From a virus, in the IMG/VR virus record IMGVR_UViG_3300017917_003742, positions 1-64,000 of that record: a stretch of 64,000 nucleotides of DNA; one strand, given 5' to 3'. Numbering within the stretch: the first letter of the stretch is position 1; each line of letters begins with the position of its first letter. The position numbers and the translations under genes are program-made. A model generated the notes under the pieces. That model was not told where the DNA came from and searched no databases. It saw only the letters and a list, made by a program, of their open reading frames with translations. Shown piece by piece: positions 54,467-64,000 of the stretch.

Positions 54467-56488
54467 TTTAGATAATTGTTTTAAAGCTGCTTTTAGTTCA
54501 GCGTATTTTGCTTCTAATTCAGCTTCTAATTTTTTTACTTGTTGCTGAATATATTCATCCGTGTACTTTTGGGTACGAACACCTTCTCCACTTGGTAAAG
54601 AATCATTTTCAGAAGTTGTTCCGGCCCAATCAGTTTTATCAATAGATAAAGTATCACAACCATTTCCGCCAAATTTATCAACCACAGTGTTTTCTGTGGT
54701 TGAATTTTTTACAGGCTGTGCCAATACAGGAGAAGGCCAATTGTTTCTTGCACCAACAGCACGAACAGCATTGTGTGGATTTGCGCTTCCACTTCCTGAT
54801 TGTGAACCAATACTTGCTTGAACATCACTATTTTGTTCAAATAGTTTTAAAGGAAGATTTTTAAAATAGTGATAATGTTTATCAACAACTGCAAAGTTTG
54901 TGCTTTCTACAGAGTAAACCTGCAAACAGTGATCATTTCCATTACTATCCTTACCTACTGCAATACCAATGAGCGCCCCTGGTAAAAGAGATGCATATGT
55001 AGGACTTTTCGGTGCATCAGCCACACAATCTTGTGGTTCCGTTGCAATCTTAATTCCATTTGCACCAAAATAACAAATTTCAGGAGATGGTGGTGGTAAT
55101 ACGCGAGGCTCAATGTTTTGATCATAAGTGAAATCACTTTCAGTTATATGATATTCACAAGGTGCAGTAACGTGATGAACAGATAGTTCACCTTCAACGT
55201 GTGCGCCCCCGCGAATCACTGCATTAATTCCAACATTCAAGTTACCATCAATTAAAACTTGTTGTTCAATTTCTGTTTGTCCGCCAGTTTCAAGAGTTCT
55301 GGATAAACGCTTAGGACGAAGAGAAATTACATCACCAGTAATGTCAACACGTTCACCATCAAAAGATAATTCGCCTCTTGAACCAATCGAAACCTCTTCG
55401 CCGTTTAAATTTACAACTGTTCCATACAAATTAAGAGGACCGCTTGTTTTAAATTCAATTCCGTTGCTGCCAACAGTTGCAGTCCAACCATCACAAACAT
55501 TTAGTTCATAAGAACCACCGGGAAATTTATCAACGTCCACATTTTCAATAAGGGATGATTCACGATATTGTGTATAAATTGTTGTTCCAAGAGGATCAAT
55601 TTTCACACCACAAGGAACAAGCTTGCCGTATGGGTCTTTTCGGAATGATTCAAAATCATTGAAAACAAGTCCAATATTTTGAATGAAATGTTTTGCAATA
55701 GTTTCTATTTTGGAACCACCATTAGGACATTTATTTTGTCCTAATTGCTTTTCGTATTCGTAAATTCTTTTTTGAATTTCTTCACGCTTTTGAGAAATGG
55801 TGTTCTTTTGCGTTTCTATGGCCCATGCGCCATCTTGAGATGACGGCGAGAGCATCTTACCCCAACAGGTCAAGCAAAGGTTTCCTCCGCTTCCTGAGAC
55901 GTTCTGATAGCCTTCCTTACCATCTCTTACACTCATCACTTCACGACTGTTTACTTTTTGTGTTGTGACAACAGTTGGAGAATTGTTTACAATCACTCTG
56001 GAAACGTTGCTGTGTGTTGGACACTTTGCAGGAGTTCCAGATTTTGTTTGGTTTGGTGCTTGATCTATGTTGTTTTCTTTGTTTACTCTTTTAACTTCGA
56101 ATAATCTTTTGACATCATGAATTTCTTGATATGCATCCTTGATATTTTGCATTGGTTCTTTCCAACGATTTGCATCACCAACAGTTTCTAATACATCGCC
56201 AAGAACAACCTTTTGACAGTTCTCGTCAACATGTTCTGTTTGTGAACCGTTTATTGTTAAAAGAGAATCGCCCATAACATGTTCACGTTTGTCATGAACA
56301 GTTAACTCGTCACGGCCAAATTTATCCAATTTGCTATGAGAACCATTTTTGTGTGTTATTGTTACACTCTCTTCGTCTTTTGTGTTGACAAATTCGATGT
56401 TTCCTGCGGGTTGGTTCAAAACAACCTTATCTTTAACGATTTCTTCTGATTGATTTGAGTCGTTGCTGTATTTACCGGGATAATGCAT
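54455..56488 (-). CDS. baseplate hub/spike gp5-like C-terminal (beta-helix) protein
   Basis: NQPAGNIEF..T...E.V.ITHKNGS, VxGD/VxG repeats; follows the gp5 OB-fold gene. Confidence 0.65.
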   Translation of the reverse strand: MHYPGKYSNDSNQSEEIVKDKVVLNQPAGNIEFVNTKDEESVTITHKNGSHSKLDKFGRDELTVHDKREHVMGDSLLTINGSQTEHVDENCQKVVLGDVLETVGDANRWKEPMQNIKDAYQEIHDVKRLFEVKRVNKENNIDQAPNQTKSGTPAKCPTHSNVSRVIVNNSPTVVTTQKVNSREVMSVRDGKEGYQNVSGSGGNLCLTCWGKMLSPSSQDGAWAIETQKNTISQKREEIQKRIYEYEKQLGQNKCPNGGSKIETIAKHFIQNIGLVFNDFESFRKDPYGKLVPCGVKIDPLGTTIYTQYRESSLIENVDVDKFPGGSYELNVCDGWTATVGSNGIEFKTSGPLNLYGTVVNLNGEEVSIGSRGELSFDGERVDITGDVISLRPKRLSRTLETGGQTEIEQQVLIDGNLNVGINAVIRGGAHVEGELSVHHVTAPCEYHITESDFTYDQNIEPRVLPPPSPEICYFGANGIKIATEPQDCVADAPKSPTYASLLPGALIGIAVGKDSNGNDHCLQVYSVESTNFAVVDKHYHYFKNLPLKLFEQNSDVQASIGSQSGSGSANPHNAVRAVGARNNWPSPVLAQPVKNSTTENTVVDKFGGNGCDTLSIDKTDWAGTTSENDSLPSGEGVRTQKYTDEYIQQQVKKLEAELEAKYAELKAALKQLSKLDC

Positions 56489-56501
56489 ATTAGATATTTA
56501 A

Positions 56502-57953
56502 TTACGCTGATTCGTAAATTCCTCTATAATCTGCCTGAGATGCAAAAGAACCAAGAATAATTGGGTAATTTAAATCACCATTTTCAAAATAAATCCAAAC
56601 ATGCGAACCAACACCGGGTATTGCGATCATGCCTTTGAAATCATTATTATAGTCTGGTGAACGCATAGGACCACGATGCATTTGAGAAACGTTTCCCACC
56701 AAGTTTGCACCTTTTGTTTTATTAGGATCATTGCTTGGTTCACGGCAACGATTCACTGTTGCACGGGACTCATTGTTTGCTCCTCCGATGTGCATATCTT
56801 TTCTTTGGAAAGTTGGTAATAATTTTGATGTGATGTTGTTGAAAATTTCTCCACCGCCTCCACCACGGGAAATCATACTCTGACCATTTGTAATTGGACT
56901 ACGTGGCATAACAGTTTTACCGTTCACAGGAAAACTGCTGCTCAAAAATCCTTTTAATGAAAGAATTTTGTTTATGTCAAAAGGATTTTTATTATGACGA
57001 ATGTTTATAGCGTTAATATTTTTTCTGTTTGCTTTAATTTTAATAGGTCCATCTTCAAAAGTAACTTCGTCATCATTATATGATGTAACTTTAAAATTAT
57101 TAGGTAAACTCTTTTTATCATTAATGATTAATCCTACTGGCAAATCACTGTAAGTGTATGATGGAGCTTCGTCAGTGTCCTCATAAAGTAATGGAGTATC
57201 AAACGGAAGCATGTTTGTTGTGTCCACTGCATTAAAGCATTCTCTGTTGAACAAAGGATTATCCTCAGATAATTTCACATCATTTAAAAAAATGCTTGGA
57301 TTTGTGACATTTACATCAATGCTCACAACAGAATTATTATCATTTGAAATTGGTGGGTCTAAATCTAAAACTTGAGGAACAAATTCCGATGGTATTTGAT
57401 CTATAACAGAATCTAGAGGAGAATTTGTTTTTTTAAGATTACTTTTAACTGCGCCTGTTTTATCGCATTTATCAGGAAGACAAAACGGCAAACCGTTGAC
57501 TGGAAAGTTTAAATCTGTGTTTGTTCTTGGTGGTTGACCGTAAGTTGGTAAAGGAGATTTAGCTGGTCGGTTTTGACTTTGTTGTTTATCCTTGGCGAAT
57601 GCTTCGGCGGATTTGTTACTGTCTTGTGAAATATAACCAGAATCATTTCCAATGTAATAAGAATCAGAAGGCGCATTATAAAAACCGGGACTGCTCATGC
57701 CCATCATTGGAAGCATAACTTCGGCCCATAGTAGTCTTTCTTTTTGACTGTCTAAAATTTGTGGACTCAAAGAAGAACCAGTATTGGCACCCATAACCTT
57801 GAAAAATTTATCTTCTTCTTGTGCTTGGTTCCAATTTTTTGTTTGATTCAAGTTGATGCCGGGAACATAAACTTTTACTCGACCACTCTGTTGTGGGTCG
57901 TTATTCTGAATAACTATTCCTCTATATAAACCATTATAAATCATATTAATCAA
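56502..57953 (-). CDS. gp5/VgrG N-terminal OB-fold protein with a large insertion
   Basis: YRGIVIQNNDPQQSGRVKVYVP...WAEV; C-terminal IPGVGSHVWIYFENGDLNYPIILG. Confidence 0.8.
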   Translation of the reverse strand: MINMIYNGLYRGIVIQNNDPQQSGRVKVYVPGINLNQTKNWNQAQEEDKFFKVMGANTGSSLSPQILDSQKERLLWAEVMLPMMGMSSPGFYNAPSDSYYIGNDSGYISQDSNKSAEAFAKDKQQSQNRPAKSPLPTYGQPPRTNTDLNFPVNGLPFCLPDKCDKTGAVKSNLKKTNSPLDSVIDQIPSEFVPQVLDLDPPISNDNNSVVSIDVNVTNPSIFLNDVKLSEDNPLFNRECFNAVDTTNMLPFDTPLLYEDTDEAPSYTYSDLPVGLIINDKKSLPNNFKVTSYNDDEVTFEDGPIKIKANRKNINAINIRHNKNPFDINKILSLKGFLSSSFPVNGKTVMPRSPITNGQSMISRGGGGGEIFNNITSKLLPTFQRKDMHIGGANNESRATVNRCREPSNDPNKTKGANLVGNVSQMHRGPMRSPDYNNDFKGMIAIPGVGSHVWIYFENGDLNYPIILGSFASQADYRGIYESA

Positions 57954-58989
57954 ATTCGTTTTTACATTCAGGCTTAGTGCCTACAACTTTATCGTTTGTT
58001 GGGTCTGTGTTTTCATTTGAAACATTATTGTCATACATTGGTCGTCCATTCATATCAACAATGTATGTCACAGGTTCTCCGTTTGGCCCTTCGTTCATGC
58101 TTATTTCAAAACCTTCAACTTCATATTTTGCAAGCTCCTGAATACAGAAAAACTTGTTTATTAATCGCAAAGAGTCGCCCGCGAGTGACAAAACCGCTGC
58201 CAATGCTCCTTCGACTGCATCAGAATTTCTTTTGCCGTTGAAAACGTCCATTGAGTAGTTATGACCGTGTGCTATTGGCCTTTCACTTGAATATGAAGGA
58301 TGCATAAAGGACATGTTGTTTCCTTTTGGCATAGAGCGTAATCTCATAGAGTTTAAGAAATTATTTGCATTATCCATCAATCCAAAAACGGATGCTGCCA
58401 TTTTTAATTGAGTATTTTTATTCATTCTACTGTTTGTGTCCAAGCAGTTTACTCCGTCCATGTTCGGCCATTTCATCGGATCAATTGATGTTTGGTTTTG
58501 TGCTATGCTTGCAAAACTTCCAACGTCTTCGCTAGTTTGTTGAAAATACGGAAAACTGTATATGTTATTCTGAATATACATATTAATGGCTGGGTGCATT
58601 TTTTGTGCCTTATTCAAAAACTCTCGCAAAAGAGGAGTTGGCATAATCGCACAAGTTTGGGGATGAGTTTTACCAACTGCACTAGGAGGCATTTGGTTTA
58701 CTGCATTATTAACACTCGCTGCTCCATACAAATTTTGTGTTGTTTGATTTTTAATCTTTTGTCCATTTCCAAGTTTTCCACCAACAAACGAAGAGAATTT
58801 TGTCAACTCCGTTGAACTACCTGTCCAAGGACCATGATATTCAGCAATCATCTGAACTGCACGGTCTAAAGGCATTTCGCTTGTTTCTAAGGAAAGGCGT
58901 AAATCGTCAAATATTGTTCCATTTTTTCTTTTTCCTGTTGGTGTGGAATAAAGAGATTTGCGAAAATTTTCTGTTACAACTTGAGACAT
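57946..58989 (-). CDS. hypothetical virion/baseplate protein
   Basis: Late motif TAAATA upstream; within the baseplate cluster. Confidence 0.6.
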   Translation of the reverse strand: MSQVVTENFRKSLYSTPTGKRKNGTIFDDLRLSLETSEMPLDRAVQMIAEYHGPWTGSSTELTKFSSFVGGKLGNGQKIKNQTTQNLYGAASVNNAVNQMPPSAVGKTHPQTCAIMPTPLLREFLNKAQKMHPAINMYIQNNIYSFPYFQQTSEDVGSFASIAQNQTSIDPMKWPNMDGVNCLDTNSRMNKNTQLKMAASVFGLMDNANNFLNSMRLRSMPKGNNMSFMHPSYSSERPIAHGHNYSMDVFNGKRNSDAVEGALAAVLSLAGDSLRLINKFFCIQELAKYEVEGFEISMNEGPNGEPVTYIVDMNGRPMYDNNVSNENTDPTNDKVVGTKPECKNEFD

Positions 58990-59014
58990 ATCTAGTATTT
59001 ACAGTCAGAAATGG

Positions 59015-60583
59015 TTAAGGTTTTATAATTAACACATCATCTGACTCAAATCTGGTTATTTCTTTGTATGTATGAGTTTTAACACCAATCAAATCGGTGG
59101 TATAGTTTCTAGTTCTGTTATCAAAATAATGAACAACATTAGTTACAAAATATTGACCTTCTAATTTATGGTCATATTCTTTATCATTTAAATTTTGTTT
59201 AGACAATCCAAAAAATCTTCCTGTTTGACGTAGAGTTAATCCTCTTGTTGAGAAATTTATAGCAAGATTTGAGAAAAGATAATATTGTAATAATTTATTT
59301 CGTCCTTCTGCTAAACGTGTAACTTCCTCTTTAGCAACCGTGACAATTGTTTTGGTATTTAAAGAATCTCTAATAAATGGAGTAAAAACAAGTCGGTCAT
59401 TGTTCTCTTTTGTAAGAACATTATCTCGGATAGTTTTTTTGAAAAATGTTTTATATTGTTCTGCACTATGATTTTTATTCTCTTCACAAAATTGCCCACA
59501 CGAAGAATTGTAAGAAACGACTCGATAATTTGTTAAATTTTTTGAGTAGTCTGAACCGTTCAAATCTACTAAACGATAGTTATAAATGATGTTATATTCA
59601 TCAGCTTTTATTTCATTTTCTGATTCAGCAGAACCTAAAGGAGCTTTTATAAGAGGAGGAGTCTTTTCTGTATCAGAAAATTCTTTGAGAAAGAAATGCT
59701 CAATTTGATATTCTTTAGGAGTGTTTTGTTCGTTTCCTGCTTTTTCAAAATATTTTGATATAGGCTTGAGTGAAAATTGTTTTGGACTCATACTCTTCTC
59801 TGCTCTTTCAAATTTAAAAATACAAGGTTCGTTATTATAAACATCTGATGCTGTTGTATAATGAAGCATGTATTCTAAATTATCTATAAACTTAGCATTA
59901 ACAGGAGAAGAATAATTCATTGTATTCTTTTCACTACCAGAGTCCCACTCTTCTTTATTATTTGTTAATTTAGAATACTTTTCAAAATCAGGGTCTTTTC
60001 TCAATAATTCAGCAATTGCTTCTGTGCATACAAGAGAGCGTTCAGTGTTATCAACCTGAGATATATTAGTTTTGTTAGAATTTTTACCAACGGTTGAAGT
60101 TGAAAAATCCGAATCCTTTTCAGTCATCATTTGGTAAACCTTTTCCCAAAAATAAAGTTTTTTCTTCTTGTCTGTTATTGATGTGCTGGGCAAATCTTGA
60201 ACTTCGTAAACTACAGTTTCTACCTCAAGACGCCATTTCTTATCATCTAATAAAAAATTAGGCAGTCCTTGCATATTAACATCTTTTGGTTTTATAGAAA
60301 TGAAAAGAGTATCTCGACCATCATTACGAAATTTATATATGATATTATTTTTATCCTGTTTAACTGATTTTTGAGTTTCCTCACTTTCTTTTTCTAAAGA
60401 TTCGTAAGGAGTGTTTATAACAATACTTCCTTTGATTTTCCAATCAAAAATATCTTCTTCTAAAATAAGATTATCCCAAGAGACGTTATTTAGATATACA
60501 TCGTTGACTCCGTTATAAAGTCTAACTGTGCATTCATAATCTTGCCCGTTAAAGGTGTAATCGCTATTTTGTTCTGCGCTCAT
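59015..60583 (-). CDS. baseplate hub gp27-like protein
   Basis: EEDIF...IKGSIVI, GLTLRQTG, LEGQYFVTNVVHYF. Confidence 0.65.
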   Translation of the reverse strand: MSAEQNSDYTFNGQDYECTVRLYNGVNDVYLNNVSWDNLILEEDIFDWKIKGSIVINTPYESLEKESEETQKSVKQDKNNIIYKFRNDGRDTLFISIKPKDVNMQGLPNFLLDDKKWRLEVETVVYEVQDLPSTSITDKKKKLYFWEKVYQMMTEKDSDFSTSTVGKNSNKTNISQVDNTERSLVCTEAIAELLRKDPDFEKYSKLTNNKEEWDSGSEKNTMNYSSPVNAKFIDNLEYMLHYTTASDVYNNEPCIFKFERAEKSMSPKQFSLKPISKYFEKAGNEQNTPKEYQIEHFFLKEFSDTEKTPPLIKAPLGSAESENEIKADEYNIIYNYRLVDLNGSDYSKNLTNYRVVSYNSSCGQFCEENKNHSAEQYKTFFKKTIRDNVLTKENNDRLVFTPFIRDSLNTKTIVTVAKEEVTRLAEGRNKLLQYYLFSNLAINFSTRGLTLRQTGRFFGLSKQNLNDKEYDHKLEGQYFVTNVVHYFDNRTRNYTTDLIGVKTHTYKEITRFESDDVLIIKP

Positions 60584-60906
60584 TAAGAATTATTTATTTG
60601 TGAAACTATTTGTGTGACAGCAGCAGTTTTTAAAATTTTAACTCTTTCTCCAGAAATTACATCAAAAGGATTTTGCTTTTTATTTGCAACAAGAATTATC
60701 CACCATAAACGGGGAGTTCCATAATATTTGTTTGATAACTCATACCATGAACGAAAATCATACGCTGTATCATAACTATAAAGTGTAGGGTCAATATCTC
60801 CTTCAATATTAACAAGATTGAAAAAATTATAAAATTCGTATCCATCACTTGTTGTATAAGTGTTGAATATGTTTGCATAGTCGTATGAATTAAGTGGTTC
60901 GCTCAT
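60583..60906 (-). CDS. 53: baseplate wedge gp53-like (LysM-like)
   Basis: LSNKYYGTPRLWWIILVAN...NPF. Confidence 0.85.
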   Translation of the reverse strand: MSEPLNSYDYANIFNTYTTSDGYEFYNFFNLVNIEGDIDPTLYSYDTAYDFRSWYELSNKYYGTPRLWWIILVANKKQNPFDVISGERVKILKTAAVTQIVSQINNS

Positions 60907-60907
60907 A

Positions 60908-62023
60908 TTATCTTGGTGGTAGTCTAAATGGGTTAACGGTTAATCTTTCCGCAGTTCCAATAGGATTGCCCATTTCTTCATCAAGCTCAAAACCTGCCTG
61001 TCGGAGAAGCTTATTAGTGTCGTTGTTTTCAAATCCTTCGCTTAATGCTTGTTGGAAAAGATCGGCAAATCTTTGTGCTTTTCTTACATCACTAATTGCT
61101 TCAACTTTGCCACCTTTTTCAAGATCGCTCATAAGATTTCTAGTTGGCATTAATAGTGCGGTGAATGTTATGGATATTCTGTAAGCTTCGGGGACAGTTC
61201 TTTTTCCGCCATCAACTACCATTGTTCTAGTATTTCCTAAATTTGTAATATTTAAGGAAGACACGTAACATGCAGGAAATTGAACAACGTCAGGAATTTT
61301 AAGAGAATATATTACTGGAGGGTCAACTATTGCAAAATTTCTTCTAGAAGGAGTATTCTGGTAAGAGAATAAATGACAAAATCTTCTGTTATTTTCCACT
61401 TCGTCCCAAGTTCCTGTGTTAAAAAGATCAAAAGTAACTTCGATGGTTTCTGTTCCTGTTCCTGTCCATGATTGAGGATTTTCAAAATTTATAGCACCAG
61501 GAAGCATGGTGTTTGCGATGGCTATTGCTGCACCACCAAATTCTTTACCACTGCTTATACTAGCTGCTATTCCTGCGCCCACGCCTTTTGCAGCGCCGAA
61601 CGCCTTTATCTCTCTGCCTAATTGTAAAAGTCCTGTGAACGGACTTTCTTCTGAGCCAAAAGTATTTGTTCTGGCTAATTTCTTAGGATTAAAATATGGT
61701 AAAATATAAGTGAATCCTGTAGCTTCGGCAAAGTATTTGTATTTGTAAACTTCTAAAGGATCATCTGGTTCAGTGAAAGCTTTTGTGCCTTCTCTTTCAA
61801 TTCGTGTGAATACGCGACCATAATATGCCAAGGCTGCTATTAATTGACCTGTGGTTTGTTGATATTCTTTAAGCTCAACATAAGGAACATCGTTATCATC
61901 AGGCAATATAGGCGAAAGAGTCCATGCCATATTTTCAATGACATTTATATCACCATTTCCTACAGGTTTGTAAAACTTACTGTTTTTATCGGATAGTGTA
62001 TACTGAATTTTGAAGCCTGCCAT
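60908..62023 (-). CDS. baseplate tail-tube initiator/cap (gp48/gp54-like)
   Basis: VTFDLFNT, DPPVIYSL.IP..VQFPACYVSSLNI, VPEAYRISITF. Confidence 0.6.
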   Translation of the reverse strand: MAGFKIQYTLSDKNSKFYKPVGNGDINVIENMAWTLSPILPDDNDVPYVELKEYQQTTGQLIAALAYYGRVFTRIEREGTKAFTEPDDPLEVYKYKYFAEATGFTYILPYFNPKKLARTNTFGSEESPFTGLLQLGREIKAFGAAKGVGAGIAASISSGKEFGGAAIAIANTMLPGAINFENPQSWTGTGTETIEVTFDLFNTGTWDEVENNRRFCHLFSYQNTPSRRNFAIVDPPVIYSLKIPDVVQFPACYVSSLNITNLGNTRTMVVDGGKRTVPEAYRISITFTALLMPTRNLMSDLEKGGKVEAISDVRKAQRFADLFQQALSEGFENNDTNKLLRQAGFELDEEMGNPIGTAERLTVNPFRLPPR

Positions 62024-62031
62024 AGAAATAT

Positions 62032-64000
62032 TTATCTAACAGATTTATTAGCTCTTTCACGGAAATCTGCGATAGGATCACTTCCACCAAGAATGATTGG
62101 TTGTTTTCCAGAATTTGCAGCAACAGCTTGCGCAACAGATGCACTGCCTTGAATTGTGGTGTTAGCAATAAGTTGTGTTCCTTGAGCAAATACGGAAATT
62201 AATGCATCAAGTTTTTCGTTCATTTCTTTGAATGCTTCATCAAATGGACCGCCCCGTTTTGCCATAACCACATCATCCGATGATGACGGAATTACAACTT
62301 TACTATTAGACACGCGAGCATCGTTAACTTTTTGAGGCATGTCCCAACGAGTTGTACTATTCTGAGAGGGAAAGTTTTTAGCATTAGCAACTGGATTATA
62401 TTCAACAGGTTTTTTACCTTTTTCAAGGTTTTCGTCCAGTTTTTCCTTTTCACCAGTGAACCAATTCCATATACCTTTGGCCCAATTAACAGGATTTAAT
62501 GCGGATAATATATCACCTATGAGTCCTAAGAACCAGTCTACTCCACTCATTAATTTATTATATACAGATGAAAACCAATCATTTATTTTAGTTTTAGGTG
62601 TAGCTTTTCCGTTTTTTCCTTCACGGTCTAAGAATGCATTTAATACATCTAATCCAATAGATATTGCAGTGCCAATACCGGGAAAGAATGATGCTATACC
62701 AGAACCTATGCTGATAAGACCACCAGCTATGTCGCCTTTTTTAAATCGGTCATATGCATCTTTGAAAGAGATAAGACCTCCAATTAAAGGAATCTTTTTT
62801 GCTATGTTTTTAAACATTGCTCCAACAAGTTTAAAAATGGAACCACCGCCTAATTTCATAAAAGACCCTACAAATTTAAAAGTTCCTCCGCCAGAAAATA
62901 TACCAGAAACAAACTTAAGTAATTGTTGCGGAATTATACCAATTTTCGGTAAAAAGGATTTGAATACGGTTGTAAATTTAGATAATGCTGTTGCAGAAGA
63001 ATTTTTAACTACAGTAAAATAATTTGAAATTACTTTCAAAGGTGCTGTTAAAGAACCAAACATTTTTGTTCCAATATCAGAAAAAACCTTTCCTATAAAT
63101 TCAATAGGTTTTGTGAATAATGGCTTTAATATTGCAGTCACTTTAGAGAATGCACTAAGAGTAAATTTATCAGAAATTGTGAAAAATAGTTTCTTCACAC
63201 CATAATATATACCTTTTGTTAAAAGAACTGCCAATCCTTCATTTTCTTTTCCAAGTTTTTCTTTTAATCCGAAAAAGTTGAATGTTTGTTTTAAGAAATA
63301 CTTTGGTAAGTCGTAGAAAAGTGCGTGTAATCCCTCCATTGAATAATCAAATAATTTCTCTAAGAAAGGTTTTAACATTTTTATAAATGCGTTTTTCATA
63401 TTACCAAAAGCATTGCCGATAGCTTTACCCATTGGTGTATCTAAGAACTTAGAAAGAAATCCTATTCCTGCCAATAATGCAACTGTTCCAATGATACCTT
63501 TGATAATTTTGCCAACAATAGACCCTTCTTCTTTGTCTTTATCTTTTTGATCTACTATATTATTAACAGTTCCCGCCTTTTTTAATACATTTGATAAAAA
63601 CGATTTAATAGCCGAATCTATACCAACGATATTAACATCTACAACAGAATTTTTACCTCTAGTAGATTTTGTATTATTCGTATTTCCTAACACTGTGTTT
63701 ATTTTTCGTGTTAATGCATTCATGTTTTTGATGTTGTTTATGAACGTATTCATAACACCAACTTTTATAGAATCACGAAAGTCGCGCATTCTTGTTAATA
63801 GACTATCTAATGTCTTTTTAAATCCTGTTAAGCTTGGAAATGTTATACCTGAAATCTTCGGTAATGAAAAACTAGATATTTTATTAGAGAAATCTTGAAT
63901 ACTTTGATCCAAAGATTGAAACGATGGAAACGCCATGCCTGATAAATTATTAGAGAAATCAGAAACACTATTATCTAATGCTGTGAATGTTTTTATCTTT
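62032..64000 (-). CDS. tape-measure/gp29-like protein (5' end beyond window)
   Basis: Frame stays open past 63936 to the window edge; amphipathic helical repeats, KKIPLIGGLIS..AYDRF..GD..GG motif. Confidence 0.65.
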   Translation of the reverse strand, partial: KIKTFTALDNSVSDFSNNLSGMAFPSFQSLDQSIQDFSNKISSFSLPKISGITFPSLTGFKKTLDSLLTRMRDFRDSIKVGVMNTFINNIKNMNALTRKINTVLGNTNNTKSTRGKNSVVDVNIVGIDSAIKSFLSNVLKKAGTVNNIVDQKDKDKEEGSIVGKIIKGIIGTVALLAGIGFLSKFLDTPMGKAIGNAFGNMKNAFIKMLKPFLEKLFDYSMEGLHALFYDLPKYFLKQTFNFFGLKEKLGKENEGLAVLLTKGIYYGVKKLFFTISDKFTLSAFSKVTAILKPLFTKPIEFIGKVFSDIGTKMFGSLTAPLKVISNYFTVVKNSSATALSKFTTVFKSFLPKIGIIPQQLLKFVSGIFSGGGTFKFVGSFMKLGGGSIFKLVGAMFKNIAKKIPLIGGLISFKDAYDRFKKGDIAGGLISIGSGIASFFPGIGTAISIGLDVLNAFLDREGKNGKATPKTKINDWFSSVYNKLMSGVDWFLGLIGDILSALNPVNWAKGIWNWFTGEKEKLDENLEKGKKPVEYNPVANAKNFPSQNSTTRWDMPQKVNDARVSNSKVVIPSSSDDVVMAKRGGPFDEAFKEMNEKLDALISVFAQGTQLIANTTIQGSASVAQAVAANSGKQPIILGGSDPIADFRERANKSVR

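Noticed and set aside
62456-63022. 188-aa plus-strand ORF and the many other short antisense/overlapping ORFs in the track
   Set aside because: They are shadows of well-supported genes on the opposite strand or frame and have no motifs or expression signals.
1-64000. Alternative genetic code (stop-codon reassignment) and tRNA genes
   Set aside because: Core genes are full length under code 11 with dense coding; no cloverleaf-like sequence noticed, though tRNAscan was not run.

Overview
This window is 64 kb of an AT-rich, T4-like (Tevenvirinae-related) large myophage genome in the standard genetic code. I saw no tRNA, rRNA or CRISPR array. Layout: (i) 1-11.9 kb, accessory and host-takeover genes, mostly on the minus strand (2H phosphoesterases, kinase, lysozyme, HAD, vWA, 2OG oxygenase, MTase, metallophosphoesterase, putative head-internal proteins); (ii) a structured non-coding region at the strand switch (~11.9-12.2 kb); (iii) 12.2-54.5 kb, the plus-strand replication/recombination module (dda, uvsY, uvsW, gp55, gp47, gp46, gp43, uvsX, gp41, gp32, clamp), interleaved with a dTDP-rhamnose pathway, CoaB/CoaC, a large glycosylation island and two homing endonucleases; (iv) 54.5-64 kb, minus-strand baseplate/tail genes (split gp5, gp27-, gp53-, gp48-like, tape-measure-like). 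Main candidate novel system: at least six small or fused ORFs that look like degenerate fragments of core virion proteins. These are a tail-sheath C-terminus, a catalytically dead terminase ATPase fused to a GIY-YIG nuclease, three major-capsid (gp23) pieces including a Gol-peptide-like segment, and a portal C-terminus. Terminase, portal and capsid are known triggers of bacterial pattern-recognition defences, so a decoy/PAMP-mimic arsenal is a plausible reading. All family calls come from motif recognition by eye against remembered sequences; no database search was run.
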